Source: Planctomycetota bacterium (GTDB taxonomy: Bacteria > Planctomycetota > UBA8108 > SXIK01). Taken from it: 64,000 nt of DNA. Position 1 is the stretch's first letter, and every line of letters starts with the position of its first letter. The stretch is from the NCBI GenBank assembly GCA_965223265.1, contig OZ244999.1, positions 8,384,001 to 8,448,000 on the forward strand. The letters are read 5' to 3'. Both the position numbers and the translations under genes were made by a program. Of this stretch, positions 40,732 to 49,656 are shown piece after piece. A model generated the notes under the pieces. It ran no database searches, was not told the DNA's origin, and saw only the letters and a list, made by a program, of their open reading frames with translations.

Positions 40732-42444
40732 CTACTGGCACTGACGGTACGCCTCGCAGCCGAGAAAACCGCTGTCACCCGGGGATTCTGGATCGAGGCC
40801 GCAGGCGTTTCCCGGAGCGCCCGGCGGTGGTGGCGGCGGCCAACCTAAGAACAGCGTGCCGAGGACGTAGACGCCGTCGGTGATGTTGAGCTCGCCGTCG
40901 TTGTCGACGTCGGCGGCGTTCAAGCAGGTGACCCCACCTGAGGTTGTGAACAGGAATCGCAGCAGGAACAGCGCATCGGAGGCGTCGAGCGTTCCATCGT
41001 CGTTCGTGTCGCCACGGTGAAACGGAAGGTCGCCGTCACACTGGTCGTCGTCCGCACGGTTGCCGTGAGGCTCACATTCGTCGGGAACATCGTTTTTGTT
41101 GCAGTCGCTGCTTGTCCTCGTGACGACGATGTCGATGTAATCGCGCACGCCGTTACCGTTGCAGTCGCCCGTTGCCGCGGCGCGGACCGCGCTGTCGGTA
41201 TGAAGCGATGGGAACGTGAGCTCCGTCGCAGCGTCAAACGCCGGAATCGCGGTGGCCGTCAAGAGCTGGCGCAGGGCTGCCGGTGTTAGGCTTGGATCGA
41301 CCTGCTTCATGAGACAGATCGTCGCCGCGACATGGGGAGCCGCTTGGGAGCAACCACTCAGGTCGCGACTCGAGCCATCAAGCCACGTACTCGTGATCAC
41401 CTCTCCTGGTGCCAGATAGTCCACGGTGTGGTTGCGGTTGCTGAATCTGGAGATCACCGTGGGTCGTACATCGATCACGGACGCGACCGAAATCGTCGAC
41501 GTGTAACAGCTGGGAGAACCGGTTCTGCTGAGGTGGCTTGAGTTGCCACTGCAGGTCGTGAGCGAGATCCCAAGACGGTTCGCTTGCTCGCATGCAGCAC
41601 GGAGCGGCGGGAAGACATCGTCGCAGAAACCCTCGAAAAGGTCGTCGCTCGCGAGGCTCATGTTGATCACATCGACAGTGATACCGTTGTCGGCGAGATG
41701 CAGGTCAATGACGTGCTCGACGCCGGCAGCCCAGTCGCAAAAGAAACCGCGCCTGAATCGATCGAGAACTTTGATGGAGATGAGATTGACGTCCGGTGCG
41801 ATGCCGCTGGCGAGTTCGCTGCGTGCCACGATGATTCCAGCTACATGGGTGCCGTGGCCGTTGTCGTCGTCGGCGGTCGGCCCGACATCTTCACCTTCGC
41901 TGAGGAATCTCTGCTGGTGCACGACCGAGCCAACGAGGTCTGGGTGGTCGAAGTCAACTCCGGTGTCGAGGATGGCTGCGAAGCGACCGGCTCCAGTGAC
42001 TCCGCGCTCGTGGACGCGATCAGCACCCAAGGTGCGGCCGCTTTGAATGAGGGCTCCGGAACCGCGTACGTTTGGAATGACGCGTCGCACCAAGCTCGAC
42101 TCTTGGAGCGCCGTCAGTACTTCTTGTTTCTTTACTTCGATAACAAGCGCTGTCGAGTATCGATAGCGATAGCGGATCTCATAGCCCTCCTCCGGCAGGG
42201 CTCGAAGCGTTTTTTCTTGAACTTCAGATATCTGCTCTCGCCGCTGCTCCACGTTGACCGAATCGACGGTCGCGTCTTCAACCAGAACGGTCGCGCACAC
42301 CTTCCCGGCTTGCACAAAATCGTTGCGCACGACCGCAGCGATCTTCGCCGTCGACGTTTCGCCGCCTGAACTCGGAGGGCCTAGGGAACTCAGCAGGCAG
42401 GCCACAAGAACAAGGAGGCCGCTCGGCTCGAAGTGTCGTCTCAA
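40732..42444 (-). CDS. S8 (subtilisin-like) serine peptidase with C-terminal dockerin-like domain
   Basis: Signal + propeptide; ILDTG, GHGTHVAG, INMSL, CSGN, GCSQAAPHV; DCNGNG repeats; FHRGDTNDDG. GGAGG RBS. Confidence 0.88.
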   Translation of the reverse strand: MRRHFEPSGLLVLVACLLSSLGPPSSGGETSTAKIAAVVRNDFVQAGKVCATVLVEDATVDSVNVEQRREQISEVQEKTLRALPEEGYEIRYRYRYSTALVIEVKKQEVLTALQESSLVRRVIPNVRGSGALIQSGRTLGADRVHERGVTGAGRFAAILDTGVDFDHPDLVGSVVHQQRFLSEGEDVGPTADDDNGHGTHVAGIIVARSELASGIAPDVNLISIKVLDRFRRGFFCDWAAGVEHVIDLHLADNGITVDVINMSLASDDLFEGFCDDVFPPLRAACEQANRLGISLTTCSGNSSHLSRTGSPSCYTSTISVASVIDVRPTVISRFSNRNHTVDYLAPGEVITSTWLDGSSRDLSGCSQAAPHVAATICLMKQVDPSLTPAALRQLLTATAIPAFDAATELTFPSLHTDSAVRAAATGDCNGNGVRDYIDIVVTRTSSDCNKNDVPDECEPHGNRADDDQCDGDLPFHRGDTNDDGTLDASDALFLLRFLFTTSGGVTCLNAADVDNDGELNITDGVYVLGTLFLGWPPPPPPGAPGNACGLDPESPGDSGFLGCEAYRQCQ

Positions 42445-42465
42445 TCGCCATCCTCCCGTGCGTCA

Positions 42466-42488
42466 GACGCGAAATGGCCAAACTCGAG
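42466..42488. repeat. Solitary copy of the MITE terminal repeat
   Basis: GACGCGAAATGGCCAAACTCGAG, identical to 35229-35251; no partner end seen nearby. Confidence 0.85.
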
Positions 42489-42494
42489 TTCCAG

Positions 42495-44279
42495 TTAAGA
42501 GCTGCAACTTGCGTAGCCCGAGCAACCCAAGCCACCGCCGAACACCGCTTCGGGATCTACACTACACGCCTGCGAAGGTGGGCCCGGCGCCGGTGGGGAT
42601 TCTCCGTCGGCGAAAAGAAAGAGCAGGATGAAGAGCGGGTCGGAGATATCGATGTCGCCATCGTCGTTCCCGTCCGTCGCCTCGAGGCACGCTGGTGCGA
42701 CAGGGTCGACGAAGAGAAGATTTAGTATGAAAAGAGGATCCGAGATATCGAGTTCACCGTCATCGTTCGCGTCGCCGCGGTGAAACAGTGGAAGCTCAGT
42801 GCATTCGTCGGCAACGCCGTCATTGTTGAAGTCGTGCAGCACCCCGTTTTCGAAATCGCATGCGTCTGGGACACCATTGGAGTTGCAGTCTGGCTCGCCC
42901 ATGCTGATCTCGTCACTGTTGAGGACTCCGTCAGCGTCGCAATCGTTTTCAAAGAGTAGTTCCATGGCGGCGCTTGCGTCGACTCTCTTGAACGTAAGTG
43001 CCGTGGGCGCGTCTGGCACATCGACGCCGCTTTCTTTTAGCGTGTCTTCGACGACCGAAGGTGAGACGAGGGGGATCGCTTCGCGCATCAAACATGCTAT
43101 CGCGGAGACGTGTGGCGTGGCAGGAGAGCACCCCGAGAGCGTAGCTTGACCGCCACCGAGGCCGGTGCTCGTGATGCTCTGACCGGGGGCGAGGAGATCG
43201 AGAAGAGCGTTGCGACTCGTGAAGCTGGAAATTACATCCGGAAGAGCACCGCTGACGGATCCCACGGAAGTCGTGGACGAAAAACAGCCCGGAAGCGTCA
43301 TTTCCGTGGTGCTTCCGGTGTTGCCCGAGCAGGCGAATACAGAGATACCTAGCTCTCGCGCCGTGCGGCATGCGTCGGCGAATTCCATCCGGGAAGAGTC
43401 GCAGACGCCGTCGAACGTCGCGAAGGTCACAAGGCTCATGTTGATGGCGTCCACCTCAACTCCGTTATCTGCCAAGTGAGTTTGAATCACATACTCAACC
43501 CCGGCGGCCCAATCGGATTGAGATCCGGTGTTTTGGTCGTTCAAGACCTTCACGGGGAGAATCATGGTGCCCGGAGCAACACCGACGGGAGCGTCGACTC
43601 CTCGCGAGCCGATGATCCCCGAAACGATGGTGCCGTGACCGTGGCCGTCCACGGCTCCGGGGGCATAGTCGCCGCCGAGATCAAGAAAATGAAATGCGAG
43701 ATCTGAGAGAACTGCCCCGGCGAACGAGGGGTGAGTGTCATCGATCCCCGAGTCGAGGACAGCGACTACAGTGCCGGCCCCGGTCCAGCCATCGCTGTGG
43801 AGATCATCGGCGCCGAGAAACGGCACGCTTTCTGTGAGACCGCCCTGCCCTGTTTCGGGGCGTCGTAAGCGTTTGACGTCCTGTCGAGATTCAAGCGCAC
43901 GGAGTGTGTTTTCATCGTGTATCTCGAGAATCATGGACGGTGAGAAACTGTAGCGGTGTCGGATTCGGGATTTTGATCCGCGGAGTGCGTCGACGACACG
44001 ACTCTGCGTCGCAGCGAACTTTTTGGTTCGAGCGGCAAGTGAATCGCCAGGGCGTGCTTCGTTGTGCAGATTCACAATCACGACACTGCGACCACGGGCC
44101 CGAAGTTCATCGACGATTGCTTGTCGATCCGCGACCTTATCGGCGGCGAAAACCGCGCCGCCGTTGACGACGAGACCGAGGCAGAGTGCTGCGAACGCCA
44201 CCGCGCGGTTGTGAGCAGGGGTGCAACTGCGACGAATGAGATTCAAAACGGCGAGAATGGTCGAGGATGGTTTCATCAT
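42495..44279 (-). CDS. S8 (subtilisin-like) serine peptidase with C-terminal dockerin-like domain (paralog)
   Basis: VLDSG, GHGTIVSG, INMSL, CSGN, GCSPATPHV; DCNSNGVPDAC repeats; FHRGDANDDG. Confidence 0.88.
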   Translation of the reverse strand: MMKPSSTILAVLNLIRRSCTPAHNRAVAFAALCLGLVVNGGAVFAADKVADRQAIVDELRARGRSVVIVNLHNEARPGDSLAARTKKFAATQSRVVDALRGSKSRIRHRYSFSPSMILEIHDENTLRALESRQDVKRLRRPETGQGGLTESVPFLGADDLHSDGWTGAGTVVAVLDSGIDDTHPSFAGAVLSDLAFHFLDLGGDYAPGAVDGHGHGTIVSGIIGSRGVDAPVGVAPGTMILPVKVLNDQNTGSQSDWAAGVEYVIQTHLADNGVEVDAINMSLVTFATFDGVCDSSRMEFADACRTARELGISVFACSGNTGSTTEMTLPGCFSSTTSVGSVSGALPDVISSFTSRNALLDLLAPGQSITSTGLGGGQATLSGCSPATPHVSAIACLMREAIPLVSPSVVEDTLKESGVDVPDAPTALTFKRVDASAAMELLFENDCDADGVLNSDEISMGEPDCNSNGVPDACDFENGVLHDFNNDGVADECTELPLFHRGDANDDGELDISDPLFILNLLFVDPVAPACLEATDGNDDGDIDISDPLFILLFLFADGESPPAPGPPSQACSVDPEAVFGGGLGCSGYASCSS

Positions 44280-44553
44280 CAGCTCGATGCGTGTACAGAC
44301 TCAACAAGAATAGAGGGTGTGGGGGCGTTCACCGCTGACGTGAAATCTGCTTCGAATGGTTCGCGCCCGTGGGGCTGGACGATCCCGATTGTACCACTCA
44401 AGCACCCCCTAACAAGGCACCACCGGCGATTGCTTTTCTTGCGGACATCATCAAAACGACGCGAAGACTTGCTGGCTTCACTTTCCTAACCCATACTACT
44501 TCCCGATTGATGAACGCGAACCACGGCGATCGTAGCGACAGGAGCGTAGACGT

Positions 44554-45966
44554 GTGAGTCAGGCTTGGTACTGCTGCGGATGCAACGTCAAGCTCGAGTT
44601 AGAAGAGAGGGTTTGTCCGCTGTGCGGCCAGGCGCCCGAGGTGCTTCCAGCGGACAGCACTCATGACGTCGTGCTCGACGTTCTGGGGCGTGAGTCCAGT
44701 CTCCCCGGCGTTGTACCGGGAGATCTTGACGGCTATGGTCTCGTCGGCGAGACGTTCGCGCACTACCGCATCGAGGAGTTCATCGGCAAGGGCGGTATGG
44801 CGCGCGTCTACCGCGCGCACCACACCACGTTGATGCGGAAATGTGCCATCAAGATTCTGAGTCCGCGCATGGTCGCCCGCGACCCGAGGTTCGTCGAGCT
44901 CTTCTTTTCTGAGGCGCGTAGCGCAGCCGCTCTTGTGCATCCTCACGTCGTTACCGTGCACAACATCGGCGTACACGACAACTTCCACTTCATCGAGATG
45001 GAGTTCGTCGATGGATGTTCGATGGGGCAGCTTGTACAGGAAGGCGGAGCTCAAGACGTGGCACTGGGGACGCATCTGATTCTGCAGACCTGTCGGGGAC
45101 TGGCTGCGGCTCATGATCGAGGGGTGATTCACAGAGACGTTAAGCCTGCGAACATTCTGTTGACACGTGAGCAGAACGCGAAGTTGGCTGACTTCGGGCT
45201 CGCCAAGCGAATCTATTCGGGACGCACCAGCCGAATCGTCGAGAAATCGCTGACCGGAACGCCCCACTTCATGGCCCCAGAATTGTTTCGCGGCAAATCG
45301 GCCCACCCGCGCAGCGACGTGTATGCCCTTGGGGTCACCTACTTCAACGTACTCGCGGGGCGCTTGCCATTTCTCCGTGAAACGATCAGCGAGCTCATTC
45401 ACAATCACGAGGTCGCTGCAGTACCGAGTCCTCGGCAGGACATTGACGTACCAGACGAGGTGACGAAAGTTCTCGAGACGAGTATGGCGAAGCGTGACGA
45501 GGACCGCTATCCAAACGCCCACGTCTTTGCGGAAGCCTTAGAGGTGGTGTTGGCCCAGCTCCGAGATCTCGACCACTTCGTACGTGACGCGTTGGAAGAG
45601 GTGACCACCGAGTGCGTCGGGGAGAGCGGGTGTTACCAAGCGACAGTGAAACTGCAGCACGGGCGTTCGCAGAGAGTGTTCGTGGAAACCTCTCAAGCAG
45701 GGCCTTCCGCGGATCGTCTGATGCGCATCTACAGCGTCTGCGCGCCTCTCTCAGAGGGCTACTATCGTCGAGCTCTCGAATTGAACGCCAACATGCCGTA
45801 TGGGTCGATCGCGATTCAGTCAATCGACGGTCGGCCGCATTTCATCATGGTTGATACACACCCGCAGTGGACATGTGGCGCGGAACAACTTCGCCGAAGT
45901 GTACTCGCGATCGCACGCTGGTCGGACGACGTCGAGAAGGTCCTCACGTCGACGGATCGATTCTGA
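44554..45966 (+). CDS. Hanks-type Ser/Thr protein kinase with N-terminal Zn-ribbon and C-terminal YbjN/T3SS-chaperone-like domain
   Basis: CCGC..CPLC; IGKGGMARVY, AIK, HRDVKPAN, DFG, GTPHFMAPE, DVYALG; C-terminal GRSQRV..IYSVCA..ALELNA.MPYGSIAI..SDDVEKVLT. Confidence 0.88.
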   Translation: MSQAWYCCGCNVKLELEERVCPLCGQAPEVLPADSTHDVVLDVLGRESSLPGVVPGDLDGYGLVGETFAHYRIEEFIGKGGMARVYRAHHTTLMRKCAIKILSPRMVARDPRFVELFFSEARSAAALVHPHVVTVHNIGVHDNFHFIEMEFVDGCSMGQLVQEGGAQDVALGTHLILQTCRGLAAAHDRGVIHRDVKPANILLTREQNAKLADFGLAKRIYSGRTSRIVEKSLTGTPHFMAPELFRGKSAHPRSDVYALGVTYFNVLAGRLPFLRETISELIHNHEVAAVPSPRQDIDVPDEVTKVLETSMAKRDEDRYPNAHVFAEALEVVLAQLRDLDHFVRDALEEVTTECVGESGCYQATVKLQHGRSQRVFVETSQAGPSADRLMRIYSVCAPLSEGYYRRALELNANMPYGSIAIQSIDGRPHFIMVDTHPQWTCGAEQLRRSVLAIARWSDDVEKVLTSTDRF

Positions 45967-46001
45967 CCTTTGGTTACCTGATCGCCGCGCCAGCTCGTGA
46001 C

Positions 46002-47369
46002 CTAAACCTGTTCCTCGAGCTCGCGTTGCCGCGAGTTGAGCATGGTCTCCACCAGTGGCATTGCGTGGTCAACGATTTCTGGATCGAATTGGCGCGCTTT
46101 CTCTTCGCGAAACACCGCGATCAGCTCCTCGGGCGTCCGCGGAGTACGGTAGGGGCGGTTGGTGAGCATGGCGTCCATGCAGTCAGCAACGGCGATGACG
46201 CGACTGGCAAAGGGGATTTGCTTTCCACGCAGGCCATCGGGATACCCAGAGCCGTCCCATCTTTCGTGATGATGTCGTACCCACTTGGCGATCACAGACA
46301 TGGAGTCCATCTGGCGAATGATGTTCTCGCCGATGATGACGTGACTGCGAACGGTCTCAATCTGACTTTTTGTGAGTGTGCCTCGCTTGAGTAACACCGC
46401 GTCGGGAATGCCGATCTTGCCGATGTCGTGAAGCAGTGCAGCTGTGGAGATGTCAGACTTCTCTGTGGCTGCGATGCCCATGCTCGTCAAGATCTGGCGG
46501 GCGTATTCCTGCACGCGAAGGCAGTGACCCTGTGTGTAGCTGTCCTTTGCTTCGACTGAACTGATCATCGCTTCGATCGCTTGCAAGTGCTCGCGCGAGA
46601 GTTGGTTGCGGGCTTGGAGCAACTTCTCCGCCATCTGATTAAACGTGCGACAGAACTGGGCGATTTCATCGTGTCCGTTCACAGGCACTCGAGCAGACAG
46701 ATCGCCGTCGCCGATTTCCTGCGCCACACTTGAGAGGCGTTTGAGTGCCCGAAAGGGGGCCTGAAGGAGGGCTGTTCCGACGACGACCATCAGGATGAAT
46801 CCGAGCGCGAACACGAGATAGATCGAGCGGTTAGCAGCTTGCATTCGCGATTCGAGTTGCCGCCGAGCGACCAGCATCTCGATCCAACCGACAGGGCTCG
46901 AGCCGAAGTGAATCGACTTGCTCACCGAGAAGAAGGGTCTGCCGTCGATGTCGACTTCTCGAACCATCGCAGGGGGCGAGGCGCCGGTCGGCGGCACTCC
47001 TTGTGGCGCGGGAGCGTATTCCGCGGCGTCAACAGGAAGCGACGAGAAGAGAACCTCGCCACTCTTGTGCCTGACGATAGCGGCGTTCGCGCTGTGCCGC
47101 AGTAGCGTTTGTGTCTGCAGGTGGACCTGCATCCGATCGTTTCCGGCTACGGCTTCAGCGATCGACTCCGAGAAGTAGTTGGCGAGATCGACGGAGTGCT
47201 CCCGCGCCTCTTGGTTCACCGCCTCGCGCATGGTGCCCGATAGAGTCGACCAGGTGATGAAGAGCACGATCAACGACGAGATTGCGGAGATCGCCGTCAT
47301 TCGAAACTTGAGGCTACTCAAGTTCGGCCGTCGCATCCGGTAGTCGAGCACAGAACGCCAATTGAACAT
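46002..47369 (-). CDS. Membrane HAMP + HD-GYP cyclic dinucleotide phosphodiesterase
   Basis: Two TM helices around a periplasmic domain; HAMP (DEIAQF..FNQM); EAKDSYTQGHC.RV, LLHDIGK, HHERWDGSGYP, IAVAD, RPYR. Confidence 0.9.
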   Translation of the reverse strand: MFNWRSVLDYRMRRPNLSSLKFRMTAISAISSLIVLFITWSTLSGTMREAVNQEAREHSVDLANYFSESIAEAVAGNDRMQVHLQTQTLLRHSANAAIVRHKSGEVLFSSLPVDAAEYAPAPQGVPPTGASPPAMVREVDIDGRPFFSVSKSIHFGSSPVGWIEMLVARRQLESRMQAANRSIYLVFALGFILMVVVGTALLQAPFRALKRLSSVAQEIGDGDLSARVPVNGHDEIAQFCRTFNQMAEKLLQARNQLSREHLQAIEAMISSVEAKDSYTQGHCLRVQEYARQILTSMGIAATEKSDISTAALLHDIGKIGIPDAVLLKRGTLTKSQIETVRSHVIIGENIIRQMDSMSVIAKWVRHHHERWDGSGYPDGLRGKQIPFASRVIAVADCMDAMLTNRPYRTPRTPEELIAVFREEKARQFDPEIVDHAMPLVETMLNSRQRELEEQV

Positions 47370-47706
47370 CGCGTGTCTTCCGTGAGGTGCCACCTGTCTG
47401 CGTCCCGTGGACGTTCATTTGGTGGCGGCCTTCAGAGGCTCCGCCGCTCCAATGTCGCTGGCTCGCGCGACCGTTGGGACTCTCTTTCAAGAGTACGGGG
47501 TCGCGTTGAGAGGGGCAAACAGCCGAAGCATTTTCGGCCTACGCAGTGCCGCGGGCGTGCATTTCGGCAACAAGGTTGGAATCGCGGCTGCTCCAAAGCC
47601 GACGTAATGGGCATCAGTGCCCTCTTCGATTCCGCCTTTTAGCCGAAGCGTTACCGGCCCGCCCTAGTTTCACTGCCGAGTGGGCCGAAGGTACCTGGTT
47701 CGTCAA

Positions 47707-48549
47707 ATGCACCGAATTCTGTGTTGGTTGCTCCTCGCCGGATCGATCGGCTCGACCGTCCTGTCGTGTCGACAGACCAGTCGCATGTACAGTACGACTG
47801 CTGAGCGGTTCCATGTGCAGGGGGGCGAAGTCGTCTGGGTCGACAACCTCACCGGCGCAGTTCACGAGCGACTTCGCGACGGCGCTGCGATTGGGGTCGG
47901 CGGCGTCGGGTGTCGCGTTCTTCTTCGTCAAGGAAAGCTTCTCAGGACGTTCGACGTTCCGCCGGGGAGCCAGATTGTGCTCGGAAAGAAGGGCGACTAT
48001 GTTCTCAACGGAGATGAGTTGCGTCCGAGGCCGTCAACTGATGGTTCATTTAGAGGTGACGAAGAAGAAGCCTTGATCAGTGCTGTCGATGAGGTCCTCA
48101 GCCAAATCGATGCCGGCGCTGTGGTTGAGGCACGTGAACGCATGGAATCGCTGACGACACGTTTTCCGGGCAGCTCGGCTGCCCGCATGATGCGGGCGCT
48201 GCTAGCACGACGCATCCCGCAGCCGCAACCCGAACGCGCCGATGCAGCCGGCATCGTCACGGAAGGCAGTGTCGAAGAGTTCCTTCAAAGAGGTCTTGAA
48301 CGGCTTGCAGAGAATGACCGAGCGGCGGCACTGAAAGAATTCGAAGAGGCGTTCCGTCGCGACCCAGCGCATCCTGAGGTTGCCGAGCGGCTTGTGGCGC
48401 TCTTGAAGGACACAGGACTCCAGCTCTACAGTGGCGGCGAAGTGAACGAGGCGATGAAGCTTTGGGAGCGTGTTCTGGAGATTCGACCGGACGACGCCGA
48501 GACGCTTCGGTTTATCTACCGGGCGCAAACGGTTGAGAAGCAACTCTGA
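47707..48549 (+). CDS. TPR-repeat protein, probable lipoprotein
   Basis: Lipobox VLSC; C-terminal TPR-like helices (AALKEFEEAFRRDP, AMKLWERVLEIRP). Confidence 0.68.
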   Translation: MHRILCWLLLAGSIGSTVLSCRQTSRMYSTTAERFHVQGGEVVWVDNLTGAVHERLRDGAAIGVGGVGCRVLLRQGKLLRTFDVPPGSQIVLGKKGDYVLNGDELRPRPSTDGSFRGDEEEALISAVDEVLSQIDAGAVVEARERMESLTTRFPGSSAARMMRALLARRIPQPQPERADAAGIVTEGSVEEFLQRGLERLAENDRAAALKEFEEAFRRDPAHPEVAERLVALLKDTGLQLYSGGEVNEAMKLWERVLEIRPDDAETLRFIYRAQTVEKQL

Positions 48550-48627
48550 GTCGCTCACAGACGGGAGGGGCAACGCAGATGGTACGCGAGCGTCAGTGTC
48601 GCAGCGCCAGTGTTTCGGCCGGCGTAG

Positions 48628-49653
48628 TCAACGGTTGCCGACCGGGAGATTCAGCCATTCGAGGATGCGAGAATCCATCCAGCGCAGTCCCACGCTATCG
48701 TGCGACCTTCCCAAGAAGCCCAGGTGGCCGCCGCGGGTCGTCTTGTGCAGCTCAACATGGGCGGGTCGATCGATGTGGTCGAGCGAGTCGATGTCGATCA
48801 GAGGGTCATCAGCCGCAAACAGCAGAGCGGTTGGGACTCGGATGTTGGGAATGAGAGGTGCCGAGCTCGCCCGTTGATAGTAGTCCACCGCATTCAGGAA
48901 GCCGCACTGAGGTGCGGTGTAAAGGTCGTCGAATTCGAAGAGCGAGAGTCGTGACGGGAGCCGAGGAATCCCGAGCTCTGGAAAGCGACGGTGCCGCTCA
49001 TGGACGCTTCGACAAAGCAGTCGTACGAAGTAATGTTCGTAGACGCGAGCGGCCGGACGGGAGATCCGCCAGGCGCACGCGAGTAGGTTAACCGGGGGAC
49101 ACAAAGCGATCACGTGGCGCAGGCGCCCGAGCGCACGGTCGCCGAGCTCGCCCACCATCTTCAGGACGATGTTGCCGCCGAGAGAAAAGCCGATTAAGTC
49201 GATCGAGGAGTCGGGGGTCTCCCGGCGCAGCTGGTCGATGGCCGTCAGAACGTCGCGGCTCCTCCCGCTGTGATACGGCCGGCGTGCCAGTCCTTCCCCC
49301 GAGCCGCAGCCACGCAGATTGAGTCGCACTGCTCGCACGCCGCGGTCGTACAGCTTTCGCGCCAGCCGAACCTGGTAGCTCGAGCCGTGGCAGCCGCAGA
49401 GCCCGTGGACGAGCACTGCGGTGCGATCGCCTTCGCTCCAGCGCGGCGGGGTCGCCACCTCGAGCGCTAGTCGATCGCCATCGCCGAGTGCCACTTGCAT
49501 CGTGCGTGACGGCGGCGGGCGCGCGAACGACGCGCGAGCGCCGAGCAGCGTCTGAACGTGCCGGTTGCGCAGTAGGAACAACGGGCGAAAAGCTGATTGA
49601 GGCTGCGTCACATACACGTCGCGGACCGTCTGCGAACTCTGGATGAGGCTCAC
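48628..49653 (-). CDS. Alpha/beta hydrolase, YheT family
   Basis: NRHVQT, VHGLCG, NLRGCG, YHSGRS.D, GFSLGG nucleophile, FDDLYTAP..GF, ADDP, GGHLGF. Confidence 0.9.
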   Translation of the reverse strand: MSLIQSSQTVRDVYVTQPQSAFRPLFLLRNRHVQTLLGARASFARPPPSRTMQVALGDGDRLALEVATPPRWSEGDRTAVLVHGLCGCHGSSYQVRLARKLYDRGVRAVRLNLRGCGSGEGLARRPYHSGRSRDVLTAIDQLRRETPDSSIDLIGFSLGGNIVLKMVGELGDRALGRLRHVIALCPPVNLLACAWRISRPAARVYEHYFVRLLCRSVHERHRRFPELGIPRLPSRLSLFEFDDLYTAPQCGFLNAVDYYQRASSAPLIPNIRVPTALLFAADDPLIDIDSLDHIDRPAHVELHKTTRGGHLGFLGRSHDSVGLRWMDSRILEWLNLPVGNR

Positions 49654-49656
49654 GTT

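Noticed and set aside
47512-47580. Possible c-di-GMP-I riboswitch (GGCAAAC-hairpin-ACGCA) near the HD-GYP gene
   Set aside because: It lacks the GNRA loop, the GGACGCAAA junction and a convincing P3, and is on the strand opposite the HD-GYP gene. An Infernal scan against Rfam would settle it.
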